In this document: piece after piece, positions 13,896 to 27,576 of the stretch
How positions within the stretch are numbered: the stretch's first letter is position 1
How the letters are laid out: the number at the start of each line of letters is the position of its first letter
From: the human T2T-CHM13v2.0 reference genome, Homo sapiens
Length of the DNA stretch: 64,000 nt
Strand: one strand, 5' to 3'
NCBI RefSeq assembly: GCF_009914755.1
Contig: NC_060934.1
Made by a program: the position numbers and the translations under genes
The notes under the pieces: generated by a model
Database searches by the model: none
Seen by the model: only the letters and a program-made list of their open reading frames with translations
Told to the model about the DNA's origin: nothing

Positions 13896-15316
13896 AAAGG
13901 CTCAAAATGCAACCCCTTCTTGAGAGCAGCAACCCTACCTTTGAGCACGCTCCTGTAGTAGGTGCTTAAAAATAAGTAGGTTGCTTAGTTGGTTGATGGA
14001 ACTTCTTGCCAGCCTAACCCATCCATTCGTATGTTCTGCTTTCACAGAACTGCTCAGTGGAATCAGAGATCCTGTTTTCAGCCTTCTTTTAGTGGGCTGG
14101 TCCTTTTGACTTCCTACTTACTCCTTTGCAGGCTGGTAGGAGCTGAGCAATAGGAGTCTTTCCTGAAAATCTTTCCATCTTCTCAGTAATCATATTAAGT
14201 ATCTGATTTTGTGTAGGCTGGCCAGAGAAAACATACTTCCCTTTCCACTGAAGGCAAGGCATCTCATCATGACTCCTTGCTGCAATTGCTTTTTTTTTTT
14301 AATTTAAGAGACAAGTCTGATTTACACTGAAAATGGTGGTTGTGGTTTATGGACTTAGCATACTAATTCCCATTTAATGCAGCAAACTTCAGGGGTAGGT
14401 TTTCATCTGAATGGAGATGAGTCACCGTATTCTTCAACCATATATTGAAAAATACCCACCGTTAGTTAAAAAACATTTCTTTTAAGCCATTTCTTCAGAG
14501 TAAAGTCAACTTGAATTCCTTGTTTGTGTGCCTGAGAGGGTCAGGAAATTCATCTTTAGCCTCAGCCTTACACATCTGCCCACCCTAGCCTCCAGAACTC
14601 CACATTTCCTATCCAAATCTTTCTTGTTGGTTTATTTGAACATCCCTCAGGAAGGAACCCAGAAGGTTCCACTTGGGCATGTGGGGTCATCGGCGCAGCT
14701 GACTCGAGTTGGCTGAGCCAACAGTGCTACTTTGGTGGAGTGTTTTGTTGGCTGGATCATCTGCAACGGGGGTTGGCCAGCGCGGGAGAACTTGGGAGTG
14801 TCCACAGGAAGTGGATATTTCCTGACCAGCTCATCCCCTGCTGACTCTCCAGCATTTTCTTGTCTACAACTAAAACGTTTTGCCTTGTATGTTCCTGCCC
14901 AAGGCCTCTTGAGACAGTGGGTGGTTTTTTTTTCTTTTATTTTTCAACTTGTGCCAAATGTGTCAGGAGTTAAGTCCATAATGCATATATCTTGGCCCCA
15001 CTCTTTTAGGAATGTGGCCTCTCTGTTTCTGACACATGCTGCTGCAGAGTAACCATATGTGTCTGAAAGCTCAACCCTTTAAACAATTTTGGCTTGGTGC
15101 TTCTGTAGAAATGACAGCCTCATTAAGAAGACAGTGATGAGATAGGCCTGATAAACTCTCCCCTTCCTGTGACCTAAATAAGAATACAAAGAGAGTGAGA
15201 GCCATCTAGATTGGATGTCCAAGAAGAGGAGTAAAAGGCAGCACCCTTTAGTCTCTTGCTTAGTACCCAGCACTGGTTTCCACTTCACTTCAGACTAGGC
15301 TGTCTAGATGGGGCCA

Positions 15317-15428
15317 TGGGGCCACTACATCTGTCTAAAGAGGTTGTGCACTGCTCAGGAAGCACCATTCCCATGAACTCTGATGTTATACGGTGTGCAA
15401 TCCACCCAACTGTGCATGGTGGCCTTGT
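15317..15428. mobile_element. MER91-like hAT-Tip100 MITE
   Basis: TIR-like ends 'ggggccactac...ggttgtgcactgc' and 'caactgtgcatggtggcct'. Confidence 0.55.
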
Positions 15429-17929
15429 TGTGAAAGTGAGACTTCCCTGGTTATCCTTGCTACATGTAGACCTAAAAGGTCTTCTCTCTCCAGCTTTCTC
15501 TTTGTGCAAACTTTTTCTTGACTTAAAAAAAGAGGGAGTGAGTCTTACCTCAGAAAGCTTTTATGAGACTGAATGAGCTGGCAAAAAAGGGACTTGTATT
15601 ACTTGGGAAAAAAGTCTTCTCCAAAGACAATGTAGTATTATTTTTTAAAGTTGGCACTAACAAAATTACTCCCTGGGAATGAAAAATTTACCCATATGAG
15701 CTGAACTAACTTATTCCATGTGCTGGGATGACCACAGATATTAGCAAGGCCTAATGCGGCCTGGGGTCCCCAACAAAGAAGCTGACTTCAAATCAACCAT
15801 GCTTTGGAAAGTTAGGGATTGTAAGTAGCCTTCAAATTATTATTACTACTTCTCTGTACTAATACAGTTCTTGAGTCAAGAATTGTAACATTCATTATTC
15901 TTTGAGTCATCCTCATCAGGAAAAAGAGGAAGCACTGGGGAAAATACTGTAGATTACAAGGGAAGATTGTCTTCAAGTTTCAGGTGGATTCAAAGAGAAG
16001 GGAAGGAGGAGCAGCTCAAAGAAAAGGAAACTCATGGAACCAGTGATGAAGCCAGAGATGGTTTTTCTGGGGAGGGGCAACCAGATTGGGCTTGAAGGGG
16101 GCAGGGTCTGAGAGCTTAGAAACAGACCCGATGGACGTGAGAAATTGCACAGACAAGGAAAAAGTTTGTTACATTAGTAGGATAAACAGTTGATTGGAAT
16201 GGAGACTGTGCATTTGGGGAATGAGAGATAGTGGACTGGTGAGGTAGAATCATGATAGACCACAGACCACAGACCACAGAGGGCTATGAAAGCACTCTGG
16301 GGCCTGCCCAGTGCTCAGAACCCATGGAATGCAAACTTTCCATGGCCTTCAAACCAAGTATGTGGGGAAAACCCTGTTCTTTCACCCAGGTCACAGCCTT
16401 AGAGAATCTAAAACTTTTTTTCCCTGCACAGTCTGGTGCTTCTCTCTCTATATATAATTTCCCATGTGGGAACACACACTGCTTTGCCAAATAAATAGTC
16501 CCTTCCTATTCAGACTGGAATTTGTTTTCGAAAATATGTTTGTCTCCCAGCAAAGAAAACAAATAGACCATCCTAAGACTGGCATCCTTCAAATTAGGAA
16601 CCAAAGCAAGTGGTTGTAAAGCAAAGTATTTGTCATTGATAATTCGCACTGACAGCAAAGTTTGTTTTTTTAAAGCTTAAGTCTTGAAACTCTTTTCAAG
16701 TGGTATTAAACATTTAGTCTGGACACAGACTTCCCCAAGACACAGGGGTTAATTTTCTGAATCATCACCTGACTCGGGAACTAGCCAGTGCACCATCAGT
16801 AGCCATTAGGCATTGACTTCATCATGACCAATCTATCTTGGAGCTGGACAGAAGCTCAGTTAACAAGACTTCCTTTTTTTAAATGCAATTTAGCAATTAC
16901 CTTTCTTCTTTCACTTGAACTTTCTCTTTGAATCTTATTCCAATCCCAGCATATTGAAGTTATTCTTCTAAACTAACAAACGCAAACACAAATGAACCTA
17001 ATAGCAAATCCCTTCCAAAGATGTTAGGAAACCAAGATTTTCTCCAACTCATGACTCCAGAAAGAGAGGAAGAGCGAATACAGCAAGCTGGAGAAATCAC
17101 CCTCATGGAAGCCAGGAGATAGGGGGTCGATGCTACACAGACGAAAATAGTGCATAAGTGGCATTGGCTGGAAGAGAGAAAAGCCCACTAGGAGATAAGG
17201 CAATGAAGTTCAGAGAGGTGGGTCACAATCAGAGGGACAGAACCTAATGAATAGTCTTATCTTCCTGGAGATGAAACAGCTGTAGCCTTTGGGAAGGGAA
17301 TGACATAGGAAAATGAGTGTCTGAGAAAACTTATTCCCAGAGAAGTGGGGAAGTTCAGGCTATGACTTCAAGAATTGGAGAGATTTCGAAGCCAGTATAA
17401 CTGGGGATTAACCAAGGGCTCAAATCCAGTACTTGACAGCAAGCCAGACTGCGAAAGGCTCCTAACATTATCTAAAGGTCTCACAGCATTTTAGAACTAG
17501 AATGACCATACTGGAAAAAACTGTTCCACGGTATCAGTCAGCATTTGGGATTGCTTTATCCAATGTAAGTGATGGGACATTCACATCAGAGAAGCATATG
17601 TCTTCTCCCTGCCTCCCCCCAAAACTCTTCTTCTCTATCTTCCTGATGTCATATCCTGGCATCCTAACAGGGGTGGGGGGATTATATAACTGTCTGAAGT
17701 AGTGCAGAACATGAAACAATAAATAAGCTATGTAAATTGTAAAACATGAGTCATGATTCTCTTTGTTCTCTATCTTTATAAATGTATTTTTTTAATTACA
17801 TATTTTTTCCTCATCATAGATGTCTAAAACCAAACCAAACCAAACAAACAAACAAAAAAATCTAAGTGCCCTCTCATGGAGAAACCTATTTTATTACATC
17901 AGATTATGCCTAGGCAACTGCTATTGAAA

Positions 17930-18135
17930 TTACAGTGAACATTTTTTGAGAGTCCATTGTGTGTCAGGCACTCAAAACTACCTACTTCTATCCTTATTTT
18001 AGAGATGAGAAAACCAAAAATAGAGAGGTTAAGTGATTTATCCATCATTGCCCAGTTAGTAATTGTCAGAGCCAAGATTTGAATTTTCGGCTACTTGTAT
18101 CCAAAGTCCATTCTTTTACCCATTACACTGTACCT
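17930..18135 (-). mobile_element. MIR
   Basis: 'ttttagagatgagaaaacc...gaggttaagtgattt...agagccaagatttgaa'. Confidence 0.75.
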
Positions 18136-18789
18136 TCTCTTGAGTCTTCCCTGAGAAGAGAACTCTCAAGGGACTCAGCTAAAGCAAGCCTGAAGTTGGC
18201 CACCCACCCTACTACCTGCCACTCTCCTGGCTGACACTCCTGTGTTACAAATGGAAACTTTCTACAAGTCTCTAGGTGTTACTAGGCTCTTTCTCTCCTC
18301 TGCTCACATCCTAGTCTTTAAAGAAAAAATCTTAAAGCTCCTAGGCCCAACCTACAACCCACTCTTGATAAGTAAAGAAAGATTAAAATATAAAATAGCA
18401 GCAGGGCCTAGGGAAGCCTGAAAAACTATTTGTACTCGTAATAACTCTGTAAAAGATCTATGTCCATGCCATTTTGAGGCACAAAGAATGAAACCAAAAC
18501 TTTGATAGATATATAGATGACGAAATGGGCTGAGGTTAATCCCGAAATTAGGCATTTAAAAATCTTATGGGAGAAGTATTCTTCTGAGCCACTAGTCCTC
18601 AATCATGTATTTTAAGTACTTTCTTCCCTCCAAAGATTAGAGTTAATTTCTGGGGATAAATATATTGTTTAAATCAGACCTGTGCTATGTGATAGAGGTA
18701 CAGTGACAAAAACAACATGCCCTTTACGAGCTTACAGATTGATTAAAGAAGAGAATGCAAGAATATAAAAGGTCGGCTCTAAGGTTTGC

Positions 18790-19280
18790 TTGAAAATAAA
18801 TATTTTTATCAAATCATAAAATGATATGATCATTTCAATAGGTATAGGGAAAATATTCAATAAAAATTTATATCCATTTATATAAGAAACAAAATAAGAA
18901 ATAACTCTTGAGAAACAGGAATGAAAAGAAACTTGCCTTATTTATAAGAAACAGCTACCAAATCCATCAAAAATCATATTTAATTCTGAAATTTTATAGA
19001 CATTCTTATTTAGCTTAGCAATAAGAAAAGAATGCCTCCTACCACAGCTGCTCTTCAACATTGACTTAGCAGTCTTAACCAACACAAGAAAGTAAAAAAA
19101 GAAGTTGTAAAAGCAATGATAAGATTTGAAAGAAAGAGATTAACTGTCATTATTTATAGCCTATTTGATAATTTACATTAAAAAGTTGAATCAATGGACA
19201 AACTTTTGTAAATAATAAAAGAGTTCAGCAAGGTAATGGAATACAAAACCAAAACGAAAATTTAATAATAGTATTCAGCA
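18790..19280 (+). mobile_element. Old L1M ORF2 fragment
   Basis: Degenerate RT-region motifs: 'atatgatcatttcaata', 'ctgctcttcaacattg', 'ctgtcattatttatag', 'gagttcagcaagg'. Confidence 0.7.
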
Positions 19281-19439
19281 GTTGTAAAGCAAGCACTTCA
19301 TGCATTTCAAAGCACTCACGGATGTTTTCTCATTTACAAAAGCTCACAAAAATCCTGTGAGTTTAATACACCATCATCATTATCAGCAGCAGCAGTGCAT
19401 TGACTTCATTTGACAAACGTGTATGCAAATCAGAGAAAT

Positions 19440-20890
<1,451 letters not shown>

Positions 20891-23800
20891 TTATGGCTGT
20901 TTCCTGATGAACCTAGCCCTAAAAATTAAATTCTCTGTGCCTTTGCTCATTATTCTGTTTCATCACATCATGATCCCAAAAGGTAAGTTTCAAAGGTTAA
21001 GGAATAAAAACATAATTACAATGTTGTTTACACAGGGCTATGCCATTTAGAAGTTAATTTTTCTCCATACTTCCCATATGTGTTGTTTTTGCCTCAACAA
21101 CTAAAGTGAATTTCTTGAGAGCAGAACCAGATTTTATAATGACTAGCATGCCCAACACTGTTGGATTAGTGGAAGACATCCAACAGACCCAATCTTGCAG
21201 CAGACATCATTCACTGACTCAAGGAAACATTCTGGACTCCCCTCATTCTGCTAACCCAGAGATCCAGTTACTCCTTCAGCTGGATCAGAGGCTACACCAG
21301 GAGGCTGCTCTACTCTCTTGGATGGGGGCCACTATCTAAGGAGCCAGCATATTCCAGATGATGCTAAGCACTCACTAGTCACTTGCTCTCAAGTCAACCT
21401 ATTCTTCACAGCAACAAGCAAAAAAGCAAATAGAAACAGATTTACAAAGAACTCTACGAACTTGAGACACTGGAAAAACAACACAAATTGTAAGGAAGCT
21501 AATACATCAGGTACACCTGGTAGAAATGAAAGGGGGGTAAATAAGAGTTTCCATGTAAGTATCATTGGAATACATGGCCAAATTGGAAGTTCAATAAATT
21601 ATCCTAAAAGTATTCCATGAGTCACTGTTACAACTTGGATTAGAACTCAAAACTTCCTATTCTGAGCCTGATGACAAGTCATCAGAACCATGGACGTCTG
21701 CTCTGGGGCTCACAAATCCTTCTGTGACGCAACTGCTAAGGAAATGAGCTCTGACATTACACAGCTTGGGTGTGTTGGGCTGTTGTTATCTCACTCAGCA
21801 AAGAAAAGGTGAGCAAATATTGTCTTCATTTTCATTTAGGGAGAGAAGGCAGAAGGTAAATAATGTATAGTAATGGTGTCTTTGGCAGGGAGTGGGTAGG
21901 AAGAAGACACATCATCCTCTTGGGAAACATGGTATATCAAGACAATAAACTAGAGAAGACAGAATAGAACAAGTTTCCACATTTTAAAAAGAAACTAAAC
22001 CATGGAAGAAAGGCAGAATTGGGAACCATTTTATTCAAAATGGGTTTTCCCATCTAGAATGGCTTTATATTTCATCAATGAGGGAGCATGGCTCTAAAAT
22101 GCTTTAGAGAGGCAGGGGTTACTGAGAAGGGATTTCTAAATAGATACACACTTGTAAGAGTAAAGACTTCCTAAATAGATAGACACCTTACAAGATTAAA
22201 TGTAAGGTATGTCATAGCTGACATTCTATTATTACTAAAATTGTTATGGTTTGTCATGTGAAAGTAAATTTTCAAACAGAATAGAATTGGAACCATAATG
22301 TTAACACACTGAGGAAGGAAATGAGAACTATGCACTCAATGTTATGCGGGTTAATGTTGGGATGACTCATATGGAAATTGTTTTGTAGTTTAGAAATGGC
22401 CAAATATCTGCAATTTTATATGGTTAAATCTAATTCTGAACCAGGGTTCAAGTTTAATGATCAGTTTTCTAGCTACGGTATATTTCTAGTTGATATTCAT
22501 GTTCCTGACCGAAGCCCTTCCTGGTGGTTCCAATTGTGAGTGACTCACAGGGTACTTTCCCTCCAGTTCAGTTCAGGGTCTACAGTGGCCCCTTGTTCCC
22601 TCAACTGTCACTGTTATCCTCTTCAAATATTGACAACACAAGAATAGCCATGATGGCAGATGAAGTTAGCACCTCATCTAAACTGAGCTTCTTAAACATG
22701 TCCAGTGCTTCCTTGATTCTAAAGAGACTAAATATCATTATTTTTAGCTGTCAAATGTTTTCAGTTTGTTAAATAAGATATCTCCTCTGGAAGTAGCCAA
22801 AGAATAGAGACCGCAAAATGTATTTGTTATCTTCCATCTAAGCAGAGGTGTATGCATTAACTTCAGTTGATTCATTTAATATATTATTGAGCAACTATCA
22901 CATGCCCAGGGCTGTACCTGACACTGTGGGGATTCCAACACTGTTCAATTTACATGCAGGTAGAGAAACAAGATATATATATCTACATGCACTAAATTAC
23001 ATGAGTAGAAACTTAACTAGGAATGCAATGCGTTTGAGAAGTCATGGTGTAATTATAGCTTAAATGCCAAGAGATTTGTGCAGATAGTGCTTTGAATTTA
23101 TGAGGAGGATAGTTCTGGGACTAGAGAAGTCTAGAGGTAGAATTTTTGTAGGTTTTGAAGGAAGGGTAGCATTTAGAGAGAAGGAAACCAGAGAAAAGAC
23201 AGTCTAGGTAGAAGCTACAAGATCAACAAAAGCATGGTGCCAGGATAGTTTGTGGGGATCATGAGTAAGAGTGCCTATTATTTATTCCATGTACACTCAG
23301 GTGTAATCCATCATGGAGCAGTCAAATATAAACCATGGCTATCTTTATTGTTAATTAATGGAAAAGCCCACAAACACAGAGAAAAGCAAATCTTTCTTTT
23401 TTCTTCTCTTCTCACCTCTTCTGCTCACATCTCCTCACTCTCCCTTGGAGCTGGGGCTGGGTGATGGGTATTTAAATTACACCACCTCAATATTTTTGTC
23501 AGTGATTCCAAGTGGAAGAGCAGAAGTGAAAACCAATGTTCAAACCAAATAACTGCCGTTTCTATCATCTTTCAAAAGTACAAGATTTTAAGTGTTTAAA
23601 ATGTAGCATTCATGATAGACAATTACATTGGTAATTCTAACTTTTAACAGTTAAACATCTTAAATTTAACTGTTAATTTAACTTAAATAGTTTATTAACT
23701 GTAAACAGTTAAACTTTTAAATGCAAGGTACTAATATAATAGTTTCAAAGAAGGCTCTGAAGCACTAGGCCTATTATTACTTTGCCTTCATCTCAGAAGT

Positions 23801-24096
23801 TGTAGCCCTTGGTGGTTAGTGACTTCATGGGGAAAACTCTCTAGGGTATTTTTATTTTAAGAGAAGTCATGAAGGAGAGGACAAGGCTTTACCCAAAAGA
23901 GTTAATTTCTCATGGTGAAATTTTAAGCCTTGGGGGACCTAAGTGGGAGAGATGGTTTAGGACAAAGAAGTCTTTCAAATATCACTGTAGTTCAAATAAC
24001 TACTTTTTGGCCCAGAAGTGAGGTTAATCCTACCAGTGATGATAATGGACAGACAGTGGCCCCTTCTCCTGCTTTCTCACACTTAAAAGAGCCGTG

Positions 24097-24485
24097 TGAT
24101 ATTGTTTGGCTGTGCCCCCACCCAAATCTCATCTTGAATTGTAGTTCCCATAATCCCCATGTGCCATGGGAGGGACCCGATGGGAGGTAATTGAACCATG
24201 GGGGCGGTTACCCTCATGCTGTTCTCATGATAGTGAGTGAGTTCTCATGAGATCTGATGGATTTATAAGGGGCTTTCCCCCACCTTCACTCGGTACTTCT
24301 CTCATTCTTCTCCTTCCTGCCACCAAGCGAAGAAGGATGTGTTTGCTTCCCCTTCTGCCATGATTGTAAGCTTTCTGAGACCTCCTCAGCCCTGCGGAAC
24401 TGTGAGTCAATTAAACCTCTTTCCTTTATAAATTACCCAGTCTCAGGTATTTCTTCATAGCAGTGTGAGAGCGGACTAATATACA
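24097..24485 (+). mobile_element. THE1 (THE1C/D-like) MaLR solo LTR
   Basis: Begins 'tgatattgtttggctgtgccccca', ends 'ggactaataca'; typical 'ctgtgagtcaattaaacctctttcctttataaattacccagtctc'. Confidence 0.92.
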
Positions 24486-25438
24486 GTGCCATCCAGAACC
24501 TCCATTAGACTCTGCACAAGTTTGGTGGCTATTGAAATACTAGAATTCTGAGACCCAGATTCTTAGGGGAGAAAATCACTTGGTAGGTGAGAAAATCATA
24601 GTCACAGTTTAAGCATCACTTTATAATGACCAGTATCCATGAGTTGGATGCTGGGATGACATGGAAAGGCAGCATCCTGGTGCCACAGCCGCCCTCACAC
24701 TAATGAGCATTCATCTGTGCACAGTGCAAGACTGTTTGCGCCAAGGCTATGATTAGATGAGTGGAACTTTTTCCTGTTCTCACAGAATTGTCCCAAACAG
24801 CAAGTGCTCAGTACCCCTCCTTCTAAAGACAGTGGCTTAAATTTGGAACCAGACACATCCCCTCCAGTTATTAAATATCCCTGGAAACAGCCCTTCTGTT
24901 ATCAACTACACTCACACACACACACCCGACCCCTGCAGTCCGTTCCTTATGGGAAGAGTTGTAGGAAAGGGAGAGAGAATCAACAAGGGTCTGAGCTCAG
25001 CCCTGCAATAATCTGAGGGTTTTGCTACCAAAGCCTTGTAGGGGCAGCATCTATGTGAGAGGCCATTCCCTTGACTCCACTAGATTCACCTAAGGTGTTA
25101 TTAGAGGACAGGAAATGGAATTAAAGAGACCACAATTAATTATGGTGATCAGAAAAAATACTATCATTTTATGTTAATCCATTATAAGAATTAAGATGGA
25201 CCAATAAACTGGTTACAGTCATAAATCTGTCATTTCACATTTTTTTACATCCATATCATATACTATCTAAATAACACCCCTGAACCAATTCAAATGCAAT
25301 TTTATATTTATTTACCTATTTTTTATTGAGGTAAGAACACTTAGCAAGTGATCTATCCTCTTAACAAACTTTTATGTGTATAATACTGTATTGTCAGCTA
25401 TACCAAATGAAATTTTTGCTCAGAACAGTATGCAGTAA

Positions 25439-25762
<324 letters not shown>

Positions 25763-26544
25763 AACATGCAGTAACCTCTTTAACATTAATCATTAGGGCC
25801 TCCCTGATCTCTTTCCCCTTAACAAAGCCTCTCCTGGGTTCCTTCATTTATACCTAGGTATAAATGACTTAAAAAGCTAATATTAATGCTTTGAGCATTC
25901 AGAGGATTGCAAAGATTCACTAGACCTGTCTAATTGCTTTGGAATCCCTAATTATAGGCACTTACTGACTTCCCCATGGTCATTTCCAACCTAGAGGGCA
26001 GTCAGCAAGTCTGAGTAATGCCTGTCAGAGCCACTGGGTGGCACTGGCAGGCTGAGATGTGGGCAAGAGGGAGGAAGAAAGAAAGGAAAGGAGGCCAGGA
26101 GAGAGTCAAGGAGGAAGAGGAGGCAAGAGAGGGAGAGAGATTTTTTTAAAACAAGGGAGAGAGAAAGAAAGCAGAGAAAGAAAGACTAGGCCGCAGGGAA
26201 CTGCTTTGCATGGCCTTGTATAGCCTCTGTGGTTACCAGTGACACAGACCTACAGTTTAATTCAGTACTTCCCAGCTGGGAGCTGAGTGTGCCGTACTCA
26301 TCTGCCTATTCCCACTACCTAGCAGGGTGCCTGGCTCTCGGCTGATGCTCTGGGTCTGTGGACTGATGGAATGAATGCTGCTGCCCCTCTAGGAAGCGGT
26401 CCTCAAATGGAAAGCTTGAGGCAGTGTGGTCTGAATGCTCCATCCTAATGTTTTGGGATGACTTAGTTGAAAATTCAAGAGGCAATGCCTTATGAGGAAG
26501 CAAGGTAGGAATATTGGCACACACAGAGGTTAAGATTTTCCAAG

Positions 26545-26726
26545 GGTCAATTCATTCTGTCAAGAACTAATAGTAAATATTTCAGTCTTAGCAAGTCACA
26601 CAGCCTCTGTTACAACTACTGACAGAGAGCCACTGACAATATGTAAATGGTTGGTGTGGCCGTGTGCCAATAAAATTTTCAAAAACTGACAGTAGGTCAA
26701 ATTTGGCCTGTGGATTGCTAACCCTC
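26545..26726. mobile_element. MER58A-like hAT-Charlie MITE
   Basis: 'atagtaaatatttcagtct...ctctgttacaactact...gtgtggccgtgtgccaataaaatttt...atttggcctgtgg'. Confidence 0.75.
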
Positions 26727-27482
26727 CGTGGCTTGAGTTCTAAGATAATCTTTCTGATTTCTCTCACCTTGCTCTTTCATCCTCTGATTCAATACCACTC
26801 TTTTGGTACACGACTATTTGCTTATTGGTTTCTCTCAGAATCTGTGTGGACTGCTTGATCTTGCACTGTAAACTCCTTGAGAAATTCTGAGTGCCCGTAG
26901 ATGACTTCAAGCACCATCAGTATTCCTGTCTGATCATGTTCAAGTGCTGTCCAGGGAGTACTCATAGAGAAGGTCCTTAGCTTTGAGGGTCTCATTATAT
27001 GTGTCTTCTGAAGATTCCACAAAGGCCTAGATTTAGCCACAAAGATGATTGATGCCAAGTTGTAGAACACGAAGTCTTGGGAAAATTATACAGTTCTGCA
27101 TACAGTGAACTAGATTCATACCAGCTTGAGAAAGGTCAGTTCCAGCTCAAACCATGAAGTGGCTGAAATTTGTCTTTGGAGCCTTCCAGCCACACATCCT
27201 CCACTCCTTCTCCTCCAGTACTCAGTGACCTGTTTCCCTTACCCACTCTCACTCCCATCAGTGCCTTGCTTCTTCACTTTACTAAAATGAAAACGACTAA
27301 TGGCAGATTAAAATCTGCCATCCCGTTGAGGTATGCTCACATTTTCATAAGGTTGAGAGCATTTTAAGAAAGGGACACAGGACTAATGATGGGATTTTGT
27401 ACCTCCTGGTGGTGACTTTGACCTAAAAGTACATTCTACTTTAACCATGTCAGTAGGAAAATCCAGGAGAAGTATTGTGAGT

Positions 27483-27576
27483 AGGGCCACTGGGAACAGC
27501 CCCATGCCTCTGCACAATTCCATAGATTAGGACGTGAATGGTGCATTTTGGAGCTGTGCAACACAGCGGTGGCCCA
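27483..27576. mobile_element. MER91B-like MITE
   Basis: TIR pair 'agggccactg' and 'cagcggtggccc'; internal 'gtgaatggtgcattttggagctgtgcaacac'. Confidence 0.5.

Noticed and set aside
26060-26190. Purine-rich tract as H-DNA or a regulatory element
   Set aside because: Low-complexity GA-rich sequence without clear mirror symmetry; common in the genome.
25980-26400. CTCF sites (acctagagggcag; ctgcccctctagg)
   Set aside because: Only partial matches to the core motif; cannot be supported without scoring or ChIP data.
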